A stretch of DNA of 64,000 nt from Eledone cirrhosa (GCA_964016885.1 CAXHJY010000049.1:25349-89348), one strand, 5' to 3'; shown: positions 1-14,877, numbered from the stretch's first letter. Numbers and translations are program-made. The notes: a model not told the origin generated them from the sequence alone.

Positions 1-35
<35 letters not shown>

Positions 36-126
36 ATATATATGTGTATATATGTTTATATATATATTTATATCTATATATATATATATTTATATATATA
101 TATATATTTATATCTATATATATATT

Positions 127-185
<59 letters not shown>

Positions 186-302
186 ATATATATGTGTATA
201 TATGTTTATATATATATTTATATCTATATATATATATATTTATATATATATATATATTTATATCTATATATATATTTATATATATATATCTATATATATA
301 TT

Positions 303-373
<71 letters not shown>

Positions 374-410
374 GTGTATATATGTTTATATATATATATA
401 TATTTATATC

Positions 411-446
<36 letters not shown>

Positions 447-486
447 CATATATATGTGTATATATATATATATGTGTATATATGTT

Positions 487-517
<31 letters not shown>

Positions 518-643
518 ATATATGTTTATATATATATATATATATATATGTGTGTATATATGTTTATAAATATATTTATATATAAATATATATATATGTG
601 TGTATATATGTTTATATATTTATATATACACACACATATATAT

Positions 644-683
<40 letters not shown>

Positions 684-771
684 ATATATGTTTATAAATA
701 TATTTATATATAAATATATATATATGTGTGTATATATGTTTATATATTTATATATACACACACATATATAT

Positions 772-819
<48 letters not shown>
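1..819. repeat. Interrupted (TA)n array with internal ~150-bp and ~128-bp duplications
   Basis: Variant blocks recur at 41/191 and 551/679. Confidence 0.9.
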
Positions 820-821
<2 letters not shown>

Positions 822-1274
822 TTTCTGTCGTTACACTTCAAGACATTTTTGAGTAGTATCAGATAATTCTTTAACACAAATAGTTTTTCATTACAGAATG
901 TAATTAATAGCGTGTGATTAAACTAACCCTACCCACACACCTTTAATTAACACACGCCTACACACACACGCACATACACACACAGACACACACACTTCAC
1001 CGACCTATACACACACACACACTTCACCAGTAGTTTCGTATAGGACTAAGAACAGTATATAACACGATTGATGAAATGGGGGGGAATCCCTGTGGATGTG
1101 AAGACCCGTGGATTTGTGGTTAGGATATTCGGATCAAGATCGTTAAGTCGTGAATTCGATTCCCGGTAGTACGTTGTGTCTTTGAGCCGCTCAACACGGC
1201 TAAAACAACAACAGCAAAAAACATCAACAAAAATTCCAGCTAGTACAACCATTATTGTAGAGATTTCTCTAGTT

Positions 1275-1632
1275 CAGGGGTGGGCAAACTACGGTCCGCC
1301 GGCCAAATACCGCCCGCCAAAGAGTTTGGTGCGACCCGTGGAAGCATTCGGCGAATTAATTAAATAAATAAAAATAAACAAATTAAAAGAAAACTTTGTT
1401 TTAAGATTTTTTGTATTTAATCATTTTATTAATTTATTTATTATAATAATGCAGTTTATATTTTATATTTTCTAAATTCTAACTGAAGAAAAGTAAGGTT
1501 CCTGGTACACAATATCCAATACTATCTAGTACTATACTGTACTGTACTATATCTAATAATAAATGGTGCTGCCCTCTGGTGTTTATGACCCAGTCAATGT
1601 GGCCTCCGATCCCAAAAGTTTGCCTAACCCTG
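1275..1632. mobile_element. Non-autonomous hAT (Charlie/Buster-like) MITE
   Basis: TIRs CAGGGGTGGGCAAACT / AGTTTGCCTAACCCTG; 8-bp TSD CTCTAGTT (1267-74) vs CTTTAGTT (1633-40). Confidence 0.85.
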
Positions 1633-1971
1633 CTTTAGTTAATACTCCGAAATAGTTCAATATATCCTTAAATAAACCGATTGGTGAAAAAAAAACGAAT
1701 TATATGAGGTAGGTCTCAAAACTAATGTAATTAGATTTTCTCAAGTTAGATTGCTTACGGCTAGTAATTAACTTGGCCAAACATACGTAGACTTATGAAA
1801 ACAAACGTTGCCTCGATGTAGTCAAGTTTATCAAAGCTTCAAATAAATACCAGCAGCATTTTGAGAAAACAGCAACAAAGCAAATAATAATAATTATTAT
1901 AATCAGGCGCCGGGTTGACACTCGGCATGATTTGGGAAAGAAGCAGAATTCAAAGGAAGTTTCAAATAATA

Positions 1972-2090
1972 ATTGTTTCTACTTTTGGCACGAGGCCAGC
2001 AATTATCCCAGTGTATTACTGGTACTTTATTTTATCGACCCCATAAGGATGAAAGGCAAAGTTAACCTCGGCGAGATTTGAACTCAGACC
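1972..2090 (-). mobile_element. tRNA-head SINE (Deu/Nin-domain-like), 5'-truncated
   Basis: Reverse complement of GAGTTCAAAT..CGCCGAGGTTAACTTTGCCTTTCATCCTT..GGGGTCGATAAAATAAAGTACCAGT; matches many copies in the window. Confidence 0.85.
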
Positions 2091-2739
2091 ATTTGCTAAA
2101 ATCAGTTCAATTTCCAATCACAAGGTCATGGGTTCTAACCCTTACTGGTTCCTGTATATTCTCAAACATTACTCCTACATTTAATTCTGTAAAATATTTA
2201 GGATCATTAAACATTGCTAAGGGACTTCCCTGTAACCCTCATTGTTCTATTTCACTTCACCATGTTTTTATTTCTTCTACTTTTTTATTACCTTACCATT
2301 TTTACCAAACTCTCATTGCCGGGCTTCCCAATAACCAAATAACTTACTTTCTTATGTATATTTGTTTCCCCATATTCCACAATACTTCAAACAAACTACT
2401 ACACCTTATAATTATTTCTCTATGTCATTTGTAGATATACACTAAATAATATTTATGTAATTATATCCTAAAAATTAATTACCAAAATATCATTTTATCT
2501 TTATTTCATCCACGTGTCTCTAATCAACATACATTACAGGGTTTATTTTGTTATGTTAGAAATACCAGTTAGATAATGCAGAATTTAATTATTTTATTAA
2601 ATCCGTCCAAATTCTTGATTATTTTCACAATGATTTGAAAATCATTATCAGTATCTTTCATTAGAAATAATTAAAGAAAGGCTTAAATTAAATATTGATA
2701 GTCGCCGCTAGGATAATGGTATAAACAATCTTCTACTTC

Positions 2740-3275
2740 GCCTCTTTATTCCTGAGAGGGTCGCGGGGGGCAGAGTCCTGAAACACTCCTTCCAGCGGGT
2801 CCTGACAGAAGCAACCTTCCAGCGGGTCCTGACAGAAGCAATTTTCCAGCGAGTCCTGTCAGAAGCAACCTTCCAGTGGGTCCTGCGTGAAGCAATTTTA
2901 CAGCGGGTCTTGTTAGAAGCAATTTTCCAGCGGGTCCTGACAGAAGCAATTTTCCAGCTAGTCCTGTCAGAGCAACCTTCCAGTGGGTCCTGCGTGAAGC
3001 AATTTTCCATCGGGTCTTGTCAGAAGCAATTTTCCAGCGGGTCTTGACAGAAGCAATCTTCCAGCGGGTCCTGACAGAAGCAATTTCCAGCGGGTCCTGA
3101 CAGAAGCAATTTCCAGCGGGTCCTGTCAGAAGCAATTTTCTAGCAGGTCCTGTCAGAAGCATTAATCCCCAACCGATCCGACTGGATCCCCAAGCGAGAG
3201 CAGTAAAGCTCAATGGATGCTATCCAACCATCTTGCTCAGGGTCTACGCTTGGGTCCCTTGCTGCCGACTGGAGT
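2740..3275 (-). mobile_element. RTE-type LINE 3' remnant containing a 27-bp minisatellite
   Basis: Colinear with the 27095-27305 copy; ends ...WKECFRTLPP on the minus strand. Confidence 0.65.
2790..3160. repeat. 27-bp minisatellite, ~14 copies (CCAGCGGGTCCTGACAGAAGCAATTTT)
   Basis: Unit starts at 2792, 2819, 2846 and onward. Confidence 0.92.
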
Positions 3276-3841
3276 GGAAAATAAATTGATTAATTTCTGC
3301 TATAATTAATTTTTAGTTTTTGTTAATTTAGTTTATAATACATTTTTTCGAATTTTCTTTTTTTTTCCGTTTTGTATTTTCCGTCTTCTAGGTTTGCAAA
3401 CCGTTCAACGAAATTTAAAAGTACCAAATGCAGACTATATTGTTGACTCTACACCTACATGTGGATTTCCACTTCAATAAGTAATCTACTATGCTTAGAT
3501 TCCCCCCACGACCATCACCACCAATCATTTATATCAAACTAAACTATATTATCAACGTGAAATGAAACAAAACTAAAGAGATTGTAAAAATTAAATATAT
3601 ATATATACATTATTTTTATTATTTTTTTTAGTTCAATAAGTAGCTATTAACTATATATATATATATATATATATACACCTTTAGAATTACCTAACACACA
3701 CATATATAATATATATATATATATATATATAATGTATATACAAAGAATCGCTGCTTTCACCCGTTAAGGGTGAAAGCAGCGATTCTTTGCTTAAACTTTA
3801 ATCTGTTATTATAATCTCTATATATATATTTATTATTACTA

Positions 3842-3878
<37 letters not shown>

Positions 3879-4224
3879 TTTTACTATATATATATATATA
3901 TATAATTGTAAGGTAGTGACTAACCAATTTTTAAAGTTTAAGAATTTTAATTACTGACAATTTCTTACTCTTATAAATATTACACACATATATATATATA
4001 TATGTGTATGTATGTATGTATGTATGTATGTATGTATGTATGTATGTATGTATGTATGTATGTATGTATGTATGTATGTGTCAATAATTGCCACAAGTGT
4101 AGTGTTTGTACCAGAGTTTTCAAGTCGCTGGCTGGACTAAAAAGTCACACTCGTTCAGCGCATCGGTAGGGGTTCTCCTACATGGATATAAAGTAGTGGC
4201 CGTACTCGAAAACGAGTTGACAGC

Positions 4225-4327
<103 letters not shown>

Positions 4328-4392
4328 TCAGGAAAGAAAAACAGACAAACTTTACTAGAATATAGTATTAATTAAAATATAAATTTAAAAAT

Positions 4393-4693
4393 AATTGTTT
4401 CTACTTTCGGCACAAGGCCAGCAATTACCCCAGTGTATTACTGGTACTTTATTTTCTCAACCCTGTAAGGATGAAAGACAAAGTTAACCTCGGCGGGATT
4501 CGAACTCAGATCATAAAGGACATGAAATTTAATAATAATGATTTCTAGTATATGCACAAGGCCAGTAATTTTGGAGAAGGGGAAAGTCTATTAAATCGAC
4601 CCCAGTACATAACTGGTGCTTTATTTTATCGACCTTGTAAGAATGAAAGGCAACGTTTACCTCGGCGAGATTTGAACTCAGAACGTAAAAGAA
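4393..4693 (-). mobile_element. Two tandem partial SINE copies (same family)
   Basis: GGCACAAGGCCAGC...ATGAAAG..AA..TT.ACCTCGGCG.GATT.GAACTCAGA occurs twice. Confidence 0.8.
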
Positions 4694-5082
4694 CATAAAA
4701 TTTAAAAATAATAAAAACACGACAAATATAAAAAAAAAAGAGGCGTATAAAATGTTATAAATAATATCAATTGGTCGTATATATTATTAGCTCTAGTATC
4801 TATATAATACCACGGCTGTCTTTCGTACTAGGTGTGTGTTAAACTGATCAGGAAGGAGCGAAGCTGATTATATTTAGGCTTAATATGTAACGTGGTTTTT
4901 GTTGGCCAATAGAAATGCTAGTATTTCTGCGATGAAAGTTATTCAGCTCTGTTTTCATTCAGTTATTTCCTTGAGCAGCAGTCGCTATGGGGTAACAGCA
5001 CACTAGCAACTTATTACAAACTCCTGCCCTGATTGACTGTTAAAACTTAGAGAGAGTGGGCGGCTACTTTTTAACTTACCAG

Positions 5083-5100
5083 ACATATATACATACATAC

Positions 5101-5136
<36 letters not shown>

Positions 5137-5563
5137 ATTATATATATAAATATATGTATATATATATATATACATTATATATATAAATATATGTATATAT
5201 ATATATATACATTATATATATAAATATATGTATATATATATATATATATACATTATATATATAAATATATATATATATATACATTATATATATAAATATA
5301 TGTATATATATATATATATATATACATTATATATATAAATATATGTATATATATATATATATATATTTATATATACATTATATATATAAATATATGTATA
5401 TATATATATATATATATTTATATATACATTATATATATAAATATATGTATATATATATATATATATATTTATATACATTATATATATAAATATATGTATA
5501 TATATATATATATATAAATATATGTATATATATATATATATATATATACATTATATATATAAA

Positions 5564-5637
<74 letters not shown>

Positions 5638-5680
5638 TATGTATATATATATATATATATATATACATTATATATATAAA

Positions 5681-5727
<47 letters not shown>

Positions 5728-5739
5728 TATATATATAAA

Positions 5740-5783
<44 letters not shown>

Positions 5784-5940
5784 TATAAATATATGTATAT
5801 ATATATATATATACATACATATATATAAATGTATATATATATATATATATATATATACATAAATACATTATATATATAAATATATGTATATATATATATA
5901 TATACATACATACACGTACACACACACACACATATTTATA
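5083..5940. repeat. (TA)n-derived array with ACATT/TAAAT variants
   Basis: Direct reading of the sequence. Confidence 0.9.
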
Positions 5941-6869
5941 TACACAACAACTAGAACTGAGTTGATCCATGTCATGTGTACAACATTCTACATGTATTAA
6001 ACACACACACACACAATATATATATATATACACACACAGCTGCTAATTAAAACAAACACGATGTCAATCTTAATTACAATCCAATGGTTTCTATTCATTA
6101 GAAATTTTCCTGGGACCGAATACTGGAAATGTTTTGGATTCTGGTCACGGATTGGACTGTTCACGTGAGTTGGGTGTTCTAAATATCGCGAGAGTCACGC
6201 AGAAAGGAAAACAATCAACAGCTTAAAATACAAATATAGTAATAATAGTAATAACACAAACAACAACAGCACAATCAAATGGAAACAAAAACATTCAAAC
6301 TCAACCTCAAACGAGTTGGTTTTTCTTCTTCGCCTTCACCGAAAACATCACAAAAACCACAACCAACTCAAACACACCACAAACCACCACTACTAGAACC
6401 ACAAACACCACCATACTACTAACACCAACCACCAACACCACGCAGACAAACACAGCCACCACACCACCACACAACCACCATCAACACAGCCACCGCACCA
6501 CCACCATCAACACATCCCCAACCACTACCAAAACAAAGACAACCACCACCATAACAACCACTACTCCCCACCGCCACAACAACTACAACAAAAACAACAA
6601 CGAAAAGAACTCTAAACGAAAATGAATTTTAAAATTAAATAAAAATGGAGAATAAATAAAATATATAATTGACTAAAAACAAAAAGAAAATAGCGACAAA
6701 AAACAAAAAAAAAAACAATACAAAACCTAATCGAACTATTGATTCGTCTATCGGAACCATTAACTTCAGGAGTTATCAAATAAATAATAAAATCCTGGAT
6801 GGAGAAAATAAGTTGACAGCTTTACGGAAATCTCATGGAAAAGTATCTTAACAGCTGGATATAAATAAT

Positions 6870-7090
6870 GGTTTCTGATTTAGGCACAAGGACAGCAATT
6901 TGGGGAGAGGAGAAAGTCGATTAAATCTACCCCAGTGTATTACTGGAACTTTATTGTATATCGACACCAGAAGGATGAAAGGCAAAGCTAGCCTCGGCGG
7001 GATTTGAACTCAGAGCGTAGAAAGTCGTAATTGAATACTACATAAAACATTGTGTCATTCGCTCTACCGATTCTGTCTATCCACCGCCCT
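6870..7090 (-). mobile_element. Full-length SINE with 18-bp TSD
   Basis: Flanked by CAGCTGGATATAAATAAT (6852-69) and CAGCTGGACATAAATAAT (7091-7108); tRNA-like head GGGCGGTGGA..., B-box GAGTTCAAATCC. Confidence 0.9.
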
Positions 7091-7301
7091 CAGCTGGACA
7101 TAAATAATAACAATAATAATGTCTATATTGACCACAAGGGCCTACATATAGGGGGCAATACAATAGACAGGGACAGTGGGGAGTTACAATAAAATCGAAT
7201 AAAAAAAACTCCCAAAATTAACAAAAATAATTAATAATAAAATTACAACAATAAATAAAAATATTATTATCTGTGATTAATTTGCTACAATTTTTAAGGG
7301 C

Positions 7302-7424
<123 letters not shown>

Positions 7425-7654
7425 GGTGGGCTGGCTGTGTGTAAAGTAAATAAAAATGTCATATTTTCATTAAATAAAATTAATGGCCAGAAGAGTAGAT
7501 TACGGGAGAAATCTACACACGTCCGTGGATTAAATTAATAATTTCAATTAAGATGTGAACGCTAATAATAATAATTGTTTCTACTTTAGGCACAAGGCCA
7601 GCAATTACCCAGTGCATTACTGGTACTTTATTTTATCGGCCCCGTAAAGATGAA

Positions 7655-7860
7655 ATAATAATAATAATAATTTCTTTATTGGCCACAAGGGCCGACATAT
7701 AGGCGGACAATACAAAGAGAAGGGACAGTAGGGGCTTTACATATATAACATGTAAAAAGCGAAGGTAACAATAAAAATATAACAATACAAATTCCTCCCA
7801 ATAGGGGGCAGAACAACCGAGGGGTGACCCAGGAACCCCACCAGAAACCCCACCAGTCCT
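7655..7860 (-). mobile_element. LINE-like 3' end with AATAAA and (ATT)n tail
   Basis: CCCTTGTGGCCAATAAAGAAATTATT on the minus strand; related copies at 7105-7200 (-), 28435-28500 (+) and 48985-49100 (+). Confidence 0.55.
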
Positions 7861-7876
7861 AATAACAATAACAATT

Positions 7877-8045
7877 GTAGTGGTGGTAGTAGTGGTGGTG
7901 GTAGTAGTGGTGGTGGTGGTAGTGGTGGTGGTGGTGGTGGTGGTGGTAGTAGTGGTGGTGGTAGTAGTGGTAGTAGTGGTAGTAGTGGTGGTGGTAGTAG
8001 TAGTGGTAGTAGTAGTAGTAATGTTAGTAGTAGCAGCAGTACTAG
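7877..8045. repeat. (GTG/GTA)n trinucleotide repeat
   Basis: Direct reading; source of the poly-T/V/P pseudo-ORFs. Confidence 0.95.
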
Positions 8046-8230
8046 TAACAATAACAATAATAATTATAAACATAATTACAATCGTTATAATAGTAACAAT
8101 CTAAGAACCAGTAATACACTGGGGGAAAATTGCTGGCCTTGTGCCTAAAGTAGAAACAGTTATAATAGTAACAATAATTTGTTTTGTATTTTGTTTAGAT
8201 ATTAATAATTCAACAAAAATAGAGCAATTT

Positions 8231-8284
<54 letters not shown>

Positions 8285-8434
8285 TGTGTGTATATATGAA
8301 TGTGTATATATAGTTTAGATCGGATATAATATTATATGTAGGGAATATATGGTATATATATATATATATACTTAGATATATCCCACGTACTTTATATATA
8401 TATATTCATACAAATGTGTGTGTGTGTTCACATA

Positions 8435-8468
<34 letters not shown>

Positions 8469-8623
8469 GACACACGTATATAGATAGGTAGGTAGATACA
8501 GAGATATGTATATATAATATGTAAATACATATATATATCCACATATATATTTAAAATTACCACACTCACATACACACATGCAAACACACACACATACACA
8601 CACATGCATACATTCACACATAA

Positions 8624-8656
<33 letters not shown>

Positions 8657-8690
8657 CATACATAGGTATCACCAGCAGTAATTCACTGAA

Positions 8691-8726
<36 letters not shown>

Positions 8727-9126
8727 ATATATATATATATATACATATATATGTGTATATATTATACTAATATAGGTGTGTATGATGGATGCATGCATGC
8801 ATGTATTTCTAAATGTATGTACAAATCTGGTATATAAAACGCAACATATATGTGTATTAATGCCATTGTAAGCCAGTGCAAGTAAAGTATTTGGAAGGAA
8901 ATATTAAGATTTCATTAAGGTAGCAATGAGTATGTTTAAGTACGTGTATTTCACATCAAACTCCAAACGACTGTAAGTAGTAGCAGACATCAAAGTCATT
9001 TCTTTCCTATAGAACAATCCAAACAGTAATGATGTTCCAATAGAGACTGCCTGTATGTTATATGGATAATCATATATACACATAATTCATATTGACACAC
9101 ACATACACACACAAAGACACACACAC

Positions 9127-9157
<31 letters not shown>

Positions 9158-9587
9158 TGTGTACATATATATACACATATATATATATACAGTAAATATA
9201 TATTCTATATAGATATAGATTCACATATTCCTATATATTTTCACATATATACATATATATATATATACATATATATTTATATATATATTTACATATATTC
9301 ATATATATATATATACATATATATTCATATAAATTTACATATATTCATATATATGCATATATATTCATATAAATTTACATATATTCATATATATGCATAT
9401 ATATACATATATATTCATATAAATATACATATAAATTTACATATATTCATATATATATACATATATATTCACATATATTCACATATATACATATATATAT
9501 ATACATATATATACATATATATATACACATATATACATATATATACATATATATATACACATATATACATATATATTCACATATATA

Positions 9588-9629
<42 letters not shown>

Positions 9630-9799
9630 CTCTATCACGCAAACGTTCTGATTCCGGGCATCGTTTTTTGGTTTTTCTTCTATTCTTTTTTTTTTTATAC
9701 TTTTGAAATATTTTACACAAAAGGCATAAAAGAAAACCAAACAGTAATCCCCGTCCATTCTTCGTTTCTCTCTCTGTCTGTCTCTCTTTCACACACACA

Positions 9800-9802
<3 letters not shown>

Positions 9803-9875
<73 letters not shown>
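9803..9875. repeat. (CT)n tract ~100 bp upstream of the Wnt6 ATG (promoter/5'UTR region)
   Basis: Pure CT run; any regulatory role is unproven. Confidence 0.85.
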
Positions 9876-9878
<3 letters not shown>

Positions 9879-9974
9879 CCGTCCGCCAAATTTATATACT
9901 TATGTGACTTGCAGCAGCAGTAGCAACAACAGCAACACGTGTATAAAGAGTTAGATGAAACACGTTGCACAAAC

Positions 9975-10048
9975 ATGCGATTTCAAACTCTATTAGTCGG
10001 TCTTTATTTCTACTTGATGTTTCCAGTCAACATAATTGGACTTTGGTG
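9975..10048 (+). CDS. Wnt6: Wnt6 exon 1 (signal peptide MRFQTLLVGLYFYLMFPVNIIGLW-W)
   Basis: ATG at 9975 starts a hydrophobic peptide ending GLW+TG, followed by donor GTGAGT at 10049. The phase-2 junction joins the G at 37683 to give GLWWAVGSPL, the N-terminal motif of Wnt6. Absent from the ORF track. Confidence 0.9.
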
Positions 10049-10312
10049 GTGAGTACATATTTTTTATTTTTGTCTGTCTGTCTGTGTCTCTGTGTGTGTC
10101 TGTCTGCCTCTCTGTCTCTGTTTGTGTCTGTGTCTGTGTTTGTATGTGTACGTGTGTGTGTGTGTGTATGTGTGTGTGTGTAGTATTTCACTCACCAAAC
10201 ATTATTTCAGTATCAACAAACATACACACACACAGAGACACAAACACAAATATGTATACACAGACACAGAGACACACACACACAAGTAGACACACACACA
10301 TAGTCACACCGT

Positions 10313-10344
<32 letters not shown>

Positions 10345-11067
10345 TACACAGTAACACATCCATTCATCCACACATGTACACAGTGTACACAGCTGACTAA
10401 TATAATTAACAGCTTGAAATAATTTGCATAATTGGATTATATTTTTTTATTAGTTTCTATAGCAACATCATAGATACACAAATTATTTAATTATTTTATC
10501 ACATATTTCCTAATTCATTTATTTATATTATAATTATTTGAAGTGATCATAAACAGCAAAAGACGAGGGTGAAACACGTTTATAAATTAAGATGACATTC
10601 ATTGGAATATAACGGGAGTCGGACATTTCATGGTGGTTTCATATAATAGAAAAAACTACGGCATATTGTTGATGTTGTAGTTGTTGTTGTTATCATTATT
10701 GTTATTGCTAGCATCATCATCATCATCGAATTAGTTCAAGGACCTTATAAATGGTTTTGAAGAACTTTTTTAGGTATCAAAATACTTTATATATATATAA
10801 CGAAGGAAATGTGGTAAGGAACCAGATGGACCATAACGCACCAAAGTACTCAATACTTAGGGTAGTAGAGTATATATATATATACATGTATATTTATTTA
10901 AACTGCATGTATATATATATATAAACTATATGTATATACATATATATTTTATTAAGACTAAATAGTGAGTCTTTAAACACTATATATATATTTATTCATA
11001 CATATACATATACTATATATATATATTATATATATGTATATTATACATACACAATATTATACACACG

Positions 11068-11109
<42 letters not shown>

Positions 11110-11540
11110 AAAAGTACTATGATAGTTCAAGAATATATATATATGTATGTACAATTGTGTGTGTGTGTATATAGATATGTATATGTACATTATGGAAATG
11201 GGTGTGAAGGGAGATATTTTATCCAAGACCTTCGTAATAGCCATGTAAGATGTGTCAAATAGCTTCCATTGGCTGAATCCCCTTTATTGTGTTAACTTCT
11301 AAAACTTGTAACATTATCCAATAAAACCGGGGAAACCGCTGGTGGTCACACAGCACTTCGACAGTTTATTGACATGATTATATCATACAAATAATTGTGT
11401 TCGTAGTAAGATATATGTATATGCTGATATATATATATATCACTATATATATGTATACATACTCACACGCATAAATCTCTCTCTCTCTCTGTATACATAT
11501 ATATATATATATACATATATATTTACACATGCACACACAT

Positions 11541-11585
<45 letters not shown>

Positions 11586-11601
11586 CACATGCACACACAC
11601 T

Positions 11602-11634
<33 letters not shown>

Positions 11635-12232
11635 TTCAAATTCTCTACATAACATGTTATAACATTATCGTTAAAGTACAAATACGAAACAAATTTATTT
11701 TATTTAAATTTATTTAAATAATGTTTATCACATTTAAACATTTCTGAAAAAAAAAATTTCAAATATTTCACTATTTTATTATTTCTGCAAAAACTTTGAA
11801 ACTTAATTTATGAATGTAATATTTTTCAACTTTTCAGCGGATATTTTTAAACTAAAGTTGAAACCGAAAGATAATTTGTTTTATGTGGTAGTTTTTCTAA
11901 GATTATATACAGGGTGTTCCCTAAAACTGTACACACACTTTGATTAGAATGCTGTTGATGTGTGCATACATTTTTGGGACATATTGTCTGTATATAAGTG
12001 AGAATGTTGTAAATAACACTATTTTCACACAAAAATATCGTTTTGATAAAATTAGTTAGTATATCATGACGTAATTGACGTAATTTCTGTTATGGAATAA
12101 GTCACAATTTTATTTCGAGTTTGTATTTTAATCTTTCACTTTTAGTTAGCTCTGAAAATAAAGATTATATATATATATATATTATATATATTGTGTGTGT
12201 GTGAATATATATAAATATATTTATTTGTATTG

Positions 12233-12551
12233 AAAATGTTGAAAGTAGGTTTACAAGTATGAATTTTCAGTAGGTTTTTGTTACTGTGTCAGTGCACTGG
12301 CTGTAAGTACTAGAGACGGTGGAGATCCTGGTCTTGGATTCAATCTTGGTCGAGAGATACACGTAGTCTATTTCAGCTTTTATTTTACATTCGATAGGAA
12401 AAAAAAACTGTAAACGTTTCCTAGGAAACTACTCTCGACCAGGATCGAACTTCAGACAAGAATCACCACAGTCTATGATTCCTCCAACTCGGCCATCGAT
12501 TCAGATACGAAAGTATAATGAAAATTAATAATTATAAACCTACTTTCAAAA
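12233..12551. mobile_element. Fold-back element with degenerate tRNA-like inverted arms
   Basis: TTGAAAGTAGGTTTA...TTCAATCTTGGTCGAGAG mirrored by CTCTCGACCAGGATCGAAC...TAAACCTACTTTCAA. Confidence 0.55.
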
Positions 12552-13537
12552 TCAAAGTCATAGTAGTCATATTTAGGGTCGACTTGTCAATCTTCTGGCT
12601 CTATTATTCCTATGTGTGTTTTTGCTTAAACCTTAATCTGTTATTTTAATATATATATATATATTTATATAGTTTTCACCACAAAGAAATAAAAGTAATA
12701 TTTTCTCAAAATCCATGTTACTTTCGAGGTGTTACTTGTAATAGTTTATACGAAAACAATGTACCAGAACTATTATTTCATATATATAAATGTCACAAAC
12801 GGAAGTTATGTCACACATGTGATGAAATTATCTTTCGACAGATTCTTCGTCAATTGTTTTATTAATAGGAAAACTTATTTTATATAAAATAACTTATATA
12901 TATAAACCTCGGATAAAATTACATTAAATTATTTATTATTACATTAAAATATTTATTATTATTATATCAAATTATTTATTATTACATAATAAATGATTTA
13001 ATATTTAATCATCTAAATTATTTATAGAAATAATGTGATTGACCAACAGTTAAAGATATAAACATTGATTGCCAGTTAAATTATTTATAGAAATATAAAA
13101 ATATATTGAACTGAAGCGAAAATCAAACCAAACTGTTTTACTATATATTTCTGGCAATACTAGGACAACATGACCCTCCACAAATATAACAATATATAAT
13201 CAAACATATAGAAAACGAAACTACTTTTGGAAAGAACTATAAATGCTATAAATAAGAAGAAAGGGAACGAAAGATCAAAGATTATTAGGCAAGAAAACAA
13301 AGTAAAGACGAGGAGCTTAAATATCAATAATATTGGTATCGAATACTGATTGGTATATTGAATAGATTGGTTATTTAGGAGAATTAGTAATTATACTATA
13401 ACTTATATAAAACAATCGGCCCCACGATGAATAAATTGCATGGAATAACTTAGGAAAATACAACTTTAAACTTTAAACATCATATATATGGTATTACATA
13501 AGATGTTAAGGTGTGTATATATATATATGTATGCATG

Positions 13538-13573
<36 letters not shown>

Positions 13574-13881
13574 TATATATTATATATATATTATATATAT
13601 ATTATATATTATATATATATTATATATATATATATATTACATATATATATTATATATATATATATATGTGTGTTTGTGAATGTAACGTATATAACATATA
13701 TGTATATATATATATATATACATATTTCTATGGGTGTCTGTGTATATATATATGTGTACCTATATATATAAATATATATACGCATGTACATATATATATA
13801 TATATATATATAGGTATACATATGTATATATAAGCATATATATATGTGTGTGCACATATATATTTACATACACACACACAC

Positions 13882-13937
<56 letters not shown>

Positions 13938-14637
13938 ATGTGTATGTGAATATATATAAGGTCATTATCCTCTCTGCAGCCAGTAAAGCATGAAGGTTAA
14001 TATTTGTTTCAGCTCTTATTTTCGGCTCATCAGAAAATAGATGTTCCTCAGGTCCTCCTTACAAATATCCTCCTCACAAGAAGATCTTGATAACAACACC
14101 ACCTAGTGGGATATAGGCTAAACCTAAAGACATGGTTTAATTATTCCTGACGTGGATTTATTTCGTAAAATAATATATATATATTTATGGGAGATGCACA
14201 TGTTTCTGTTTATATATATCTATATATATATATATATATTGTGTGTGTGAGTGAGTGTGTGTGTGTTTGTGTGTATATATATACTTGTGTGTATGTGTAT
14301 ATATATATACTTGTGTGTATGTGTATTTATATATATGTGTGTGTGTGTGTATGTATACTTGTGTGTATGTGTGTATTTATATATATATATATATTATATA
14401 TATATAAATATATATATATAATATATGAATAAAAAATATGTATATTTAAGTATATATATATTTATGCATATATATATTTTTGCATATATATATATGTGTG
14501 TATATGTATATATATATGTGTGTATATATATATGTATATATATATGTGTGTATATATATGTATATATATATGTGTGTATATATATGTGTATATATATATG
14601 TATATATATATATATGTGTATATATATATATATATAA

Positions 14638-14676
<39 letters not shown>

Positions 14677-14824
14677 TATATACATAAGTATATATATACA
14701 TATATATATGTACATATATATATATATAAAGGAATTCCAATTTTGGCTCATTAACTCGTTTTATATATAATCCTTTAAAATTATAATGATATTATAATGA
14801 AATAGTATAGTAGAATATTAAATC

Positions 14825-14877
<53 letters not shown>

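Noticed and set aside
2708-3213. Repetitive ORFs (ASVRTRWKI)n, or a CRISPR-like array
   Set aside because: Head-to-tail 27-bp minisatellite with no unique spacers, inside a LINE remnant; eukaryotic context with no cas genes.
7633-8104. Poly-Thr/Val/Pro ORFs (mucin-like)
   Set aside because: Trinucleotide repeat between retroposon fragments; no splice or domain support.
14000-14040. Minus-strand CTGATGAG...GAAAC hammerhead-like motif
   Set aside because: No convincing stem III, cleavage triplet or stem I closure.
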